Source: Tepidisphaera sp.
Lineage (GTDB): Bacteria > Planctomycetota > Phycisphaerae > Phycisphaerales > UBA1924
Direction: 5' to 3'
DNA length: 64,000 nucleotides
Assembly (NCBI GenBank): GCA_050916045.1
Contig: CP051526.1
Location: 3,808,001-3,872,000 of the forward strand
This document shows, in pieces, positions 55,549 to 64,000 of the stretch (its first letter is position 1; the number at the start of each line of letters is the position of its first letter). Both the position numbers and the translations under genes were made by a program. The notes beneath the pieces are model-generated. The model worked only from the letters and a program-made list of their open reading frames with translations, did no database searches and had not been told where the DNA came from.

Positions 55549-57264
55549 TTAGGGCATGCCGACACGCATGACGACGAGGGTCTCGTCGTCGGCGCGGCTT
55601 GAGAGGCCGGTGAACCGGCGCACTTCCCAGTGAAGCAGATCCAGGATGCGGGCGGCTGTCGCTTCGGGCTCGGCCGCGAGGATCGCAAGCACCGACGCTC
55701 GGAGCCGCTTCTTTCCGAATTTTTCGCCGCTGAAATTGGTCGCGTCGGTGACCCCGTCGGTGTAGGCGATCATGACGTCGCGTGGCTGCATGTCGTAGAC
55801 GGCCCGCTGGTACCGCTGCGAGCGGTCGATCCCCAGGACCATCCCGCCGACGGAAAGCTCGTCGATGTCCGCGGGGGAGGGGGCTCGGTGCGTCGGAACC
55901 CGAACCACAAGCGTCGGATCGTGCCCGGCGCAGCAGTAGGTCAGTCGGAGCGTGATGGGATCGAGCACGCCGTACCAGAGCGTGGCGAACTCGTTGTCGA
56001 GGGTGTCGCGGCAGAGCGCCTGGTTCACCTTCGAGACCACCGCGTCAAGGTCGTAGACCTCCTGCGCGTGGGCCCGGAGCGCCGAACGCACCGAAGCCAT
56101 CAGCAACGCCGCGGCAACACCCTTGCCGACGACGTCCCCCACTACCACGCCGAGATTCCCGTGAAGCTCGATGAAGTCGTAGAAGTCGCCGCCAAGCTCA
56201 AAGCTCGGAACGTACCGCGCGGAGAGATCGACACCCTTGAGCTGCGGCAGGCGCGAGGGAAGCATGCGCCGCTGAACGTCGGCCGCGAGCTCAAGCTGAC
56301 GCTGGATGCGCCGTTCCTCTTCGCCAAGGCGGAGCAGGCGAGCCTGCTGCACCGCGACGGCCGCTTGCTGCGCGATCGAGCGGACCAGGCGACGCTCGAA
56401 CTCACCAAAGGTCCGCTTTTCACGGGCGTAAAGACGAAGAACGCCGAGCGGTCGGTTCTGGAAGATCAGGCCGGCGTGGAGCGCGGCGACAAGCCCTTCC
56501 TCGGCGGCTTTGTCTGGGATCTGCACGCGCGGATCGGACTGGAGCTCTTCCGAAGCGACGACTTCGCCACCGAGAGCCATGCGGTCAAAGAGGCGGTCCT
56601 TGGAGAGGGGCTGCGGCCACTCAAGCCATGCTTTGGAGAGGTTGCGGCTGGTCGAAAGGGAAAGATCCTCTTCGTTGCTGTCGCCGACGACGCCGTCGGC
56701 GTCCTCCTTGAGGAGCATGATGGATCCCGCGTCCATTTCGAGAACGTCGATCGCGGCTTCGAGCGCGACCTCGAGGACGCGCTGCATACCCGAGGCCTGC
56801 GCGAGCAGGGAGGTCAGCCGGAAGAGGGCGCCGAGCTCCTTGACCTTGTGCTGAACCTCGCGTTCGTGCTCGCAAAGCTCGGCGCTGGTGCCGGCGAGGT
56901 ATCCGAGCACGCGTTCGAGCGTCGATCGGGCGTCGCGGGGCAGGTGCGGCTCACCCTCGCGGACCGCGAGCGACCCGATGCGCTCGCCGCCGACGCGAAG
57001 CGGGAAGCTCATCCCGCCAGCGGACTTGGCGGTGTCGCGGTCGTCAACCACGGCCCAGAGAGCCGAGGCGTCCTCGGGCTTGATGATGCGGCGGCCCTGC
57101 GCGTCGCGAAGCTGAACCTCGACTCCCATGAGCCGAGAGAGCTCATCGCAAAGCTGCACCAGCGAGCCGTCGGTCAGGAAGTCGGTGATCGACATCATCG
57201 CGCCGCTTCGGGATGCGGCGGGCTTGGCTGGGTCGGAAGCGGTAGTGCCTGGTGCGATGGTCAT
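55549..57264 (-). CDS. SpoIIE/RsbU-type PP2C phosphatase with PocR-like and GAF domains
   Basis: LGGDFYD, GDVVGKGVAAALLM, YTDGVTDA, DDETL; start approximate. Confidence 0.9.
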   Translation of the reverse strand: MTIAPGTTASDPAKPAASRSGAMMSITDFLTDGSLVQLCDELSRLMGVEVQLRDAQGRRIIKPEDASALWAVVDDRDTAKSAGGMSFPLRVGGERIGSLAVREGEPHLPRDARSTLERVLGYLAGTSAELCEHEREVQHKVKELGALFRLTSLLAQASGMQRVLEVALEAAIDVLEMDAGSIMLLKEDADGVVGDSNEEDLSLSTSRNLSKAWLEWPQPLSKDRLFDRMALGGEVVASEELQSDPRVQIPDKAAEEGLVAALHAGLIFQNRPLGVLRLYAREKRTFGEFERRLVRSIAQQAAVAVQQARLLRLGEEERRIQRQLELAADVQRRMLPSRLPQLKGVDLSARYVPSFELGGDFYDFIELHGNLGVVVGDVVGKGVAAALLMASVRSALRAHAQEVYDLDAVVSKVNQALCRDTLDNEFATLWYGVLDPITLRLTYCCAGHDPTLVVRVPTHRAPSPADIDELSVGGMVLGIDRSQRYQRAVYDMQPRDVMIAYTDGVTDATNFSGEKFGKKRLRASVLAILAAEPEATAARILDLLHWEVRRFTGLSSRADDETLVVMRVGMP

Positions 57265-57301
57265 GCGTGGTGAAGTAGGAACGGTTGCGTTGGTGTGCGG
57301 A

Positions 57302-59026
57302 TCACTTGACGGGCGCGGCTTCGGGCTTGGTTTCGGCGGCTTCGTCCGCGGGCTTGGCCGGCTCGGCTTCGGGTGCCGGGGGCATTTCGGTTGGCATCTG
57401 ATCAAGCCAGACGGCACGGAGGTATCGCTCGATCCGGCCCGCAAGCTTGTCGTCATCGCTTTCCGCGGGGAGCGCCTCGACCGCCGCGAGGCCCTCGCGG
57501 ACCGCGGCCTGATCGTTCGCATGGAACCCGACGTACGCGAGCATGAATCCAACATCGCGAACACCGAGCGACATCGCCAGAGCATCCGCGTACTGCGTGC
57601 CCTTCAGCCGTGTGCGAAGCGTCGAGATGATCTCCGCCATCCGCGCGGAGTCGGGGAGCAGCGCGGGGTCGTACGTCGAAACCGCCGTCTCGGGGCTGAC
57701 GACGAGAAGCTCGCGCAGATTGACCGACGCCGACAGGTACATGCCCGCTCCGAGCTGCGCGTGAAGCCGGCCCGCCTGGGCCGAAGGATCGCGCTGACGG
57801 GCGGCCAGAGCGCGGCTGAACCGGTCCTCGGCGTCGAAGTAGCGCTTCTCCGCGAGGGCCTGCTGACCCCCGGCCATCGCGCGGGCGTAGATCGGAAGCG
57901 AAGCCCGCGCGTCGGGCACCTCGAGCAGCTTGGGCACGTTCATCTTGCTGTCGCGGATCATCTTGAGCGTCAGCGGGTTGAGCTGCGAGACCGCGTCGTC
58001 CTCGGTGAGCTTGTCCTTCTCCTTGTCGGCGACCTCGCGCGCGGGCAGGCCGAGCAGGTGGCGGCGGAGAGCTTCGATGCGGCGCTCCCAAGGCTCGGCT
58101 TCCGCCGGGTTGGCCGCGGGATCGGCCTGGCTGTCGGCGGGCTTGGCGGCAGGAGCGGGCTTGGGCGGCGTGCTTTCTTCGCCCGGCTTCTTCCATGACT
58201 TCAGCCGCTCGGTCAGCGTGTCGTACGCGGTGGAATAGTCCGCTTTGGGCTTGTCGACCGAATTGTTGATCGAGTTGTTGACCGAACGGTCGATCGGCTT
58301 GGAGGAATCGGAAGTGTTCGCACGCGTTTCCTCGGCTCCGGGAAGAGCGGACCGGTTGCTGGGGTTGTTCACCTTCTGCACGCGAAGCCCGAGCAGCGGC
58401 GAAGACATCAGCCGGTAATAGGAGGATTCATCACGGGGCCGCTCACCCAGCGCCGTGGGCCGCAGCGCGCGTGACGAGGAGTACGAAGCCGTCGAGCGGA
58501 TCCAATCGGCACCGGCGACCTCGTCGCGTGGGCGCGTGTCGCGGGCGATGGTCACGCCCGATTCGCCGATCCGCGGCACACCGAGGCTTCCCACCACCGA
58601 GCGCGGCACGGATGACCCGGTCGTCATCGCGAACTGGTACTGCAGGGCTTCGGTCCCGCGGATCCCCTGTCCGGCGAGGCCGGAGTAGAACGAATCGCGA
58701 CGGAAGGCGTAGAGGTCGTCACCGCCGGTCGTGCCGCGGAATCGATCGGGGGACGCGTACGGAGTGTTCCCGCGGAACGAGAGCCCGCCCGGCGCCCCGC
58801 CCGTCACGATCGAATTGCGAAAGCGCACCTCGGCCGCGAAGTCGCGCCCGCCCTTGGGCTGGTCGATCTGGGGGTGGGTTCGGATGTCCCGCTTGAGGCC
58901 GCGCCCGTCGCCGAGAGCGTTCTGTGCGAGCGCGGGGGCCGCCATGCCGGCGAGGGCCGCCAAGCTGAGCACGCCGATGACCAGGGATGGCTTGACGCGG
59001 GGTGTCGTGGCGGTTGACTGGGACAT
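57302..59026 (-). CDS. Secreted hypothetical protein with C-terminal TPR-like helices
   Basis: GGAGAG RBS, signal peptide ending ALA-QNALGDG; 574 aa. Confidence 0.75.
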   Translation of the reverse strand: MSQSTATTPRVKPSLVIGVLSLAALAGMAAPALAQNALGDGRGLKRDIRTHPQIDQPKGGRDFAAEVRFRNSIVTGGAPGGLSFRGNTPYASPDRFRGTTGGDDLYAFRRDSFYSGLAGQGIRGTEALQYQFAMTTGSSVPRSVVGSLGVPRIGESGVTIARDTRPRDEVAGADWIRSTASYSSSRALRPTALGERPRDESSYYRLMSSPLLGLRVQKVNNPSNRSALPGAEETRANTSDSSKPIDRSVNNSINNSVDKPKADYSTAYDTLTERLKSWKKPGEESTPPKPAPAAKPADSQADPAANPAEAEPWERRIEALRRHLLGLPAREVADKEKDKLTEDDAVSQLNPLTLKMIRDSKMNVPKLLEVPDARASLPIYARAMAGGQQALAEKRYFDAEDRFSRALAARQRDPSAQAGRLHAQLGAGMYLSASVNLRELLVVSPETAVSTYDPALLPDSARMAEIISTLRTRLKGTQYADALAMSLGVRDVGFMLAYVGFHANDQAAVREGLAAVEALPAESDDDKLAGRIERYLRAVWLDQMPTEMPPAPEAEPAKPADEAAETKPEAAPVK

Positions 59027-59172
59027 GAGGGCTCTCCGTGCTCACGGGTACGTCCGAGGCGGAACTCTAGGTCGGATGGCTCGACCCTCGCCTCGCGATT
59101 TACGTTCTTTGGTCGGATTTATGCTGAACTTTGCTCGGTATCGCGGCCTGGGATTGGACCTACACTCCCTCG

Positions 59173-60807
59173 ATGAGTTCCTATATCACGACCCCCATCT
59201 ACTACGTCAACGACCGGCCCCACATCGGGCACTGCTTCACCACGCTCATCGGGGACTGCATGGCCAGGTACGAGCGGCTGATCGGCGGGGACCCTTCCGA
59301 CGTCTTTTTCCTGACCGGGACGGATGAGCACGCCGACAAGGTCGTGACCTCGGCCGCGGCCCACAACATGACGCCCATTCAGTGGGCGGACCACAACGCC
59401 GAGCAGTTCAAGAAGGCTTTCGCGTTCATCCACGCTTCGCACGACGACTTCATCCGCACGACCGAAGAGCGGCACAAAGCCCACGTCCTGGCATACATCC
59501 GCAAGCTCAAAGCCCACGGGGACGTCTACCTCGGCGACTACACCGGCTGGTGGGACCCCTCTCAAGAGGAATACCTCACCGAATCCGTCGCTTCGTCGAG
59601 CCCCCACGGGCCGTTCACCAGCCCCGTGACCGGCAAACCCCTCGAGAAGCGGACCGAAAAGAACTACTTCTTCCGGTTGTCCGCCTATCAGGACCGCCTC
59701 AAAGCCCACATCGAAGCCAACCCCACCTTCATCCTCCCCGTCTCGCGCCGCAACGAAGTGCTGGGCCGCTTGCGTGACGGGCTCTCCGACATCCCCATCA
59801 GCCGCGCGGTGACGAGCGACCCGACGACCCAGTGGGGCATCCTGATGCCCGATGACCCGTCGCACCGGATCTACGTCTGGATCGACGCGCTCTTCAATTA
59901 CCTCACCGTGGTCGACACCCCCGACCGGCGGAAGTTCTGGCCGGCGAAGGTCCACACGATGGCCAAGGACATCCTGTGGTTCCACGCGGTGATCTGGCCG
60001 TGCTTGCTGATGGCTCTGAGCGAGCCGCTCCCTGGCACCGTCTACGTCCACAGCTACTGGGTGCGTGACGGAAAGAAGATGTCCAAAAGCCTCGGCAACT
60101 TCGTCGACCTCGCGGTGCTCGGCGCGTACGCGGAGCGTTACAGCGTCGATGCGGTGCGGTGGTACCTCCTCACGCAGGGGCCGACGGGGAACACCGACGC
60201 GGACTTCAGCTACGCGAAGTTCGTCGAGGTGTACAACACGGATCTCGCCAACAGCTTCGGCAACTGCGCGAGCCGCGTGGGCAACATGATCGAGAAGTAC
60301 TTCGGCGGGGTCGTCCCTGAGCCCGTCCCCACGCCCGAGGGCGAGATGTGGACCGGGCACGACTGGCCGGGAGGCAGCATCTGCGCCACGGCGACCGAGA
60401 ACGTTGTCCGCGCGGTCGGGTACGTCGATGTCTCCGAAGCTCTTTCGGCCGCCATCGCGATCATCCGCTCGGTCGACCTCTACATCAACGAAACGGCTCC
60501 GTTCAAGCTCGCCAAGCAGGTGGAGGCAAACCCGGCGCTCAAGGATCGCCTGGGCCTGATCCTCTACAACTGCGCCGAAGCGATCCGCGTCGCTTCCGTC
60601 CTGCTCAGCCCCGCCATGCCGACGAAGATGGCCGAGTTCTGGGCGCTCTGGGGCTGTGCTCCAAAGCCCGGCACCAAACTCGTCGATCTGGCGGCGTTCG
60701 GCGGTGAACACCGGCTTCAGCCCGGAAGCGAGATCAAGAAGGGTGACCCGCTCTTCATGCGGGCGGATCCCAAGCTTGACGAGCCCAAAGGGCCGACGGC
60801 GGCTTGA
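59173..60807 (+). CDS. metG: Methionine--tRNA ligase (short form)
   Basis: YITTPIYYVN, PHIGH, TGTDEH, YVWIDAL, KMSKSLGN. Confidence 0.97.
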   Translation: MSSYITTPIYYVNDRPHIGHCFTTLIGDCMARYERLIGGDPSDVFFLTGTDEHADKVVTSAAAHNMTPIQWADHNAEQFKKAFAFIHASHDDFIRTTEERHKAHVLAYIRKLKAHGDVYLGDYTGWWDPSQEEYLTESVASSSPHGPFTSPVTGKPLEKRTEKNYFFRLSAYQDRLKAHIEANPTFILPVSRRNEVLGRLRDGLSDIPISRAVTSDPTTQWGILMPDDPSHRIYVWIDALFNYLTVVDTPDRRKFWPAKVHTMAKDILWFHAVIWPCLLMALSEPLPGTVYVHSYWVRDGKKMSKSLGNFVDLAVLGAYAERYSVDAVRWYLLTQGPTGNTDADFSYAKFVEVYNTDLANSFGNCASRVGNMIEKYFGGVVPEPVPTPEGEMWTGHDWPGGSICATATENVVRAVGYVDVSEALSAAIAIIRSVDLYINETAPFKLAKQVEANPALKDRLGLILYNCAEAIRVASVLLSPAMPTKMAEFWALWGCAPKPGTKLVDLAAFGGEHRLQPGSEIKKGDPLFMRADPKLDEPKGPTAA

Positions 60808-60936
60808 AACACGGTTCCAATTCGAAGCGAGCGTTTCACGGACCATGATGTGGCCCGTCGGAAGCGCTTTTTGTTCGTGAAATGCCCCGCTTCGGGTATG
60901 CTGACGACGCGGGCGAGTGCCCACCCGGAGTGTGCG

Positions 60937-63780
60937 ATGAGAATTCGAAGCGTTGTGTGCCTGAGCGCGGCGTTGGCCTGTGGAATGCCCGCCGTCGCGG
61001 ACGTGCCCCCCGGGTTCGTCGACCAGATCGTCGTCGGCGGATGGAACCAGGCCGTCGGCGTCACGTTCGACGCGAGCGGCAAAGCTTTCGTCTGGGAGAA
61101 AGGCGGGCGCGTCTGGCGCGTGGTCAACGGCGTCCGCGACCCCGAGCCGGTGATCGACATCTCGCAGGAAGTTGGCGACTGGCGCGACCTTGGCCTGCTC
61201 GGTTTCGCGCTGGACCCCAATTTCGCGACCAACGGGCACATCTACCTGCTCTACACCGTCGACTACCACCACCTTCGTTACTTCGGCACGCCGCAGTACA
61301 GCCCGACGACCGACGAGTACTTCCGCGACACGATCGGCCGCCTCACGCGATACACCTGCGAGGAGCACGACGGCCAACTGCACGCGCACGCCGACACGCG
61401 CCTCGTGCTGATCGGCGAGACGATGTCGACGGGCATCCCGTGCGCACACCAGTCGCACCACATCGGCACCGTCGCGTTCGGAGGCGACGGCTCGCTGCTC
61501 GTGGGCGCGGGGGACGGCGCGAGCTACGAGGAGGTCGATAACGGTGGGCCGCGGAACGGTTCGAGCAACACCGCGCTCGCGGACGGCATCATCACGCAAG
61601 CGGAGAACGTCGGTGCGTTCCGGTCCCAGCTCCCCGATTCGCTCGCGGGCAAGATCCTGCGGATTGATCCCGCCACGGGCAACGGCATGCCGGGCAACCC
61701 GTACTACAACGCGGCGAGCCCGCGCTCGGCCCGCTCCCGCGTCTGGGCTCTTGGGTTCCGCAATCCCTTCCGCTGGAGTGTGCGTCCGGGCACGGGCGGG
61801 AGCGGCGCGGGGCCGGGCACGCTCTACGTCGGCGATGTGGGGTGGTTCCTGCGCGAAGAGATCAACGTGATCCGGAGCGGGGGACAGAACTGCGGCTGGC
61901 CGCTCTTTGAAGGCCTGACGCCATCCACGGTCGGGTATGTCGCGGCTTCCCCGTTCAATCGCAGCGCCCTCAACCCGCTCTTCCCGGCCCAGTGCGCCGA
62001 CCAGTACTTCCGCTTCCGCGACCTGATCGTGCAGGACACCCTCGCGGCCCCGTCGTGGCCCAACCCGTGCAACCCGGGCTTGCAGGTCCCCGCGAGCATC
62101 CCGCGCTTCGAGCACACGCGTCCCGCGATGGAGTACGGGCACGGCGGCGCCACGCGCGTGGGCATCTACAACGGCAACAACGCCGCCGAGATCGACATCA
62201 CCGCGCCCGGCTCGCCCGTCGCGGGCGTCGCCTTCCCCGGAGACTCGGTCACGGGCGGCGTCTGGGTCAGCAGCGGAGGAACGGGCGGGTCCTTCCCCAC
62301 CGAATGGCGCGACCGGTACTACGCCGCGGACTTTGTCGGCGGGCGGATCCTCGCGATGACCTTCGACGCCGCCGACCGCCTCGTCGACACGCGCACCTTC
62401 CAGACCACCGCGGGCTCGGTCGTCTGTCTCGCCCAGAGCCCCGACGGCTGGCTCTATTACATCGCCTACGACCAGGTCGGCAACGCGAACCTCCGGCGGA
62501 TCTCCTACGGCACGGACGGCCCGCCCGTCGCGGCCATCGCCGCAACGCCGCGCTTCGGCCCGCTCCCCCTCACCGTGTCCTTCTCGAGCGCGGGGAGCCG
62601 CGACCCCGAGGGCCTGCCGGTCTCTTACTTCTGGGATTTCGGCGACGGCTCCTTCAGCACCGAAGCCAACCCCACGCACACGTACACCGGCGCCCGCGAC
62701 ATCACCGCGGGCGGCACCTTCATCGCCCGCGTCAACGAATTCTCACCCCCCGGCCCGCAGGGGGGCGGCAACCGCGACCCCGAGATCCTCCGCGATGGCT
62801 TTTACCCACCGGTGGGCGGCAACAACAGCTTCCTCCAGTACGACACCTTCCACTTCGGCGACCAGAACACGCCCGACGGCAGCGGGGACGACTGGATCGG
62901 CTGGACCTTCCCCGAGGCGTGGACATTCACCGGCCTGATCTTCCAGGAGGGGATCCACTTCTTCGACGGGGGCTGGTTTGATTCGCGGCGGGTCGAAGTT
63001 CGCGGGACCGACGGCGTCTGGCGGCAGGCCCCGGGCCTTGTCTTCCGTCCGTCGTACTTCGGCAACAACGGCGTCAACTTCGAAGCCTTCCTCGTGAGCT
63101 TTGACGCGCGGACGGGCACGGGGATCCGCCTCCGCGGCAACCCCGGCGGCTCGGCCAACTTCATCTCGGCGGCCGAGCTCCGCGTGCTGGCCCAGCCGCT
63201 GAACAACACGTCCCCGCAGCGGTTTGACCCGGTCCTCTACGTCATCGACGGCCTCGGGCAGGTCGGGGCGGCCACGACGATCATCTCCCCCAACAACACG
63301 CCCCCCGTCATCCAGATCGTGAGCCCGGTCGATGGCTCGGTCTTCAACGACACCGCCCCGCAGCAGGTCCCGCTCACCGCCACCGTGAACGACGCCGAGC
63401 ACCCGCCGGCCCAGCTCTCCTGCCGGTGGGATGTCATCCTCCGGCACGATGACCACGCCCACCCCGAGCCCCCGATCCTGGACTGCGCCCCCGCTTCGGC
63501 CCGCATCGAGGGGCACGGGGATGTTGGCGATGTCTTCTTCTGGCTCTTCCAGTACACCGTGACCGACGCCCACGGCCTCTCGACCACCGCGACGGCCCGG
63601 ATCGATGCCGCGTGCCGCGCGGACTTCAACGCCGACGGGTTCGTCGATTTCTTCGACTACGACGGGTACGTCGAGGCGTACGAGACGGGGACCCCCTTCG
63701 CGGACTTCAACCGCGATGGGTTCACCGACTTCTTCGACTACGACGGGTTTGTGGAGGCGTTCGAGGCGGGGTGCCCGTAA
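60937..63780 (+). CDS. Secreted PQQ-dependent sugar dehydrogenase-like propeller with PKD domain and dockerin-like tail
   Basis: GLLGFALDPNF, GKILRID, ALGFRNPFR, GDVG...EEIN, YFWDFGDG, CRADFNADG. Confidence 0.88.
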   Translation: MRIRSVVCLSAALACGMPAVADVPPGFVDQIVVGGWNQAVGVTFDASGKAFVWEKGGRVWRVVNGVRDPEPVIDISQEVGDWRDLGLLGFALDPNFATNGHIYLLYTVDYHHLRYFGTPQYSPTTDEYFRDTIGRLTRYTCEEHDGQLHAHADTRLVLIGETMSTGIPCAHQSHHIGTVAFGGDGSLLVGAGDGASYEEVDNGGPRNGSSNTALADGIITQAENVGAFRSQLPDSLAGKILRIDPATGNGMPGNPYYNAASPRSARSRVWALGFRNPFRWSVRPGTGGSGAGPGTLYVGDVGWFLREEINVIRSGGQNCGWPLFEGLTPSTVGYVAASPFNRSALNPLFPAQCADQYFRFRDLIVQDTLAAPSWPNPCNPGLQVPASIPRFEHTRPAMEYGHGGATRVGIYNGNNAAEIDITAPGSPVAGVAFPGDSVTGGVWVSSGGTGGSFPTEWRDRYYAADFVGGRILAMTFDAADRLVDTRTFQTTAGSVVCLAQSPDGWLYYIAYDQVGNANLRRISYGTDGPPVAAIAATPRFGPLPLTVSFSSAGSRDPEGLPVSYFWDFGDGSFSTEANPTHTYTGARDITAGGTFIARVNEFSPPGPQGGGNRDPEILRDGFYPPVGGNNSFLQYDTFHFGDQNTPDGSGDDWIGWTFPEAWTFTGLIFQEGIHFFDGGWFDSRRVEVRGTDGVWRQAPGLVFRPSYFGNNGVNFEAFLVSFDARTGTGIRLRGNPGGSANFISAAELRVLAQPLNNTSPQRFDPVLYVIDGLGQVGAATTIISPNNTPPVIQIVSPVDGSVFNDTAPQQVPLTATVNDAEHPPAQLSCRWDVILRHDDHAHPEPPILDCAPASARIEGHGDVGDVFFWLFQYTVTDAHGLSTTATARIDAACRADFNADGFVDFFDYDGYVEAYETGTPFADFNRDGFTDFFDYDGFVEAFEAGCP

Positions 63781-63787
63781 CGAGACT

Positions 63788-63813
63788 CACCACAGAGGCT
63801 CAGAGGCACAGAG
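63788..63813 (+). repeat. Solo CACAGAG-type short tandem motif
   Basis: cac-cacagagg-ctcagagg-cacagag, related to the inverted-repeat arms at 152/656. Confidence 0.6.
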
Positions 63814-63932
63814 CAGAAGGGTTGTCGGGGTGGGGGTGGGGGTGGGGGCGGTGGGGGCGAAAGAAGGCTCCGAGGAGGACGTGCGTGCCGCTCATCGGAG
63901 CCCTCTCGCCAAGGGTGCTCAGGTTTCAGCGC

Positions 63933-64000
63933 TTACGCGGCGAGTTGCAGCGTGGCGTTGGTCGCCTGCGGGCCACCAATCCCGAACGTCACGTTCACCG
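63933..64000 (-). CDS. Probable 3' end of a gene entering from beyond the window
   Basis: Open frame ...VNVTFGIGGPQATNATLQLAA then TAA at 63933-63935. Confidence 0.45.
   Translation of the reverse strand, partial: VNVTFGIGGPQATNATLQLAA

Noticed and set aside
60860..60871. Fourth LacI operator (ggaagcgctttt) upstream of the sugar dehydrogenase-like gene
   Set aside because: Only the AAGCGCTT core is palindromic and the TGA/TCA flanks are missing; too weak without a genome-wide matrix.
18090..62679. Very long antisense or alternate-frame ORFs (e.g. 18090-20696 +, 28129-30627 -, 53493-55688 -, 59119-62679 -)
   Set aside because: They shadow well-supported genes, are Arg/Pro/Gly/Val-rich without family motifs, and are expected in high-GC DNA.
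5598..63780. Repeated gacttcaacggcgacgg...ttcttcgactacgac DNA as a non-coding repeat or DGR template/variable pair
   Set aside because: All copies are in-frame dockerin-like coding tails, and no reverse transcriptase is present in the window.

Overview
High-GC bacterial chromosomal segment. Six secreted proteins carry a C-terminal 'CPADFNGDGFxDFFDY...GC' dockerin-like tail, three carry PEP-CTERM-like tails, and there is a prepilin-type protein and a family of CPECG Zn-ribbon membrane proteins. Together these point to Planctomycetota (Phycisphaerales-like; inference). Housekeeping genes: nbaC and a partial ACMS decarboxylase, a PPi-type pfk, a lone atpG, rnc, rpmH, recG, tRNA-Ala(CGC), rnpA-yidD, fabF, tmk, metG. 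Accessory blocks: (i) a GxxExxY nuclease-fold gene bracketed by a 38-bp inverted repeat and sitting between nbaC and nbaD; (ii) a LacI-controlled glucan-utilisation locus with three TGAAAGCGCTTTCA-type operators; (iii) an ECF sigma / soluble anti-sigma / TPR-CHAT protease / secreted S8 protease / FG-GAP module with a shared promoter-like motif; (iv) a truncated REP-associated tyrosine transposase inside REP-like inverted repeats; (v) a dead/live ketosynthase pair flanking an RGG-tailed degenerate GxxExxY gene; (vi) three Zn-ribbon membrane genes, each headed by the same 24-bp repeat. Also noted: an SRAP/HMCES protein with Pro in place of the catalytic Cys2, and many apparently leaderless genes. 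No CRISPR array, rRNA or integrase was seen. All family calls are from motif recognition by eye, not from database searches.
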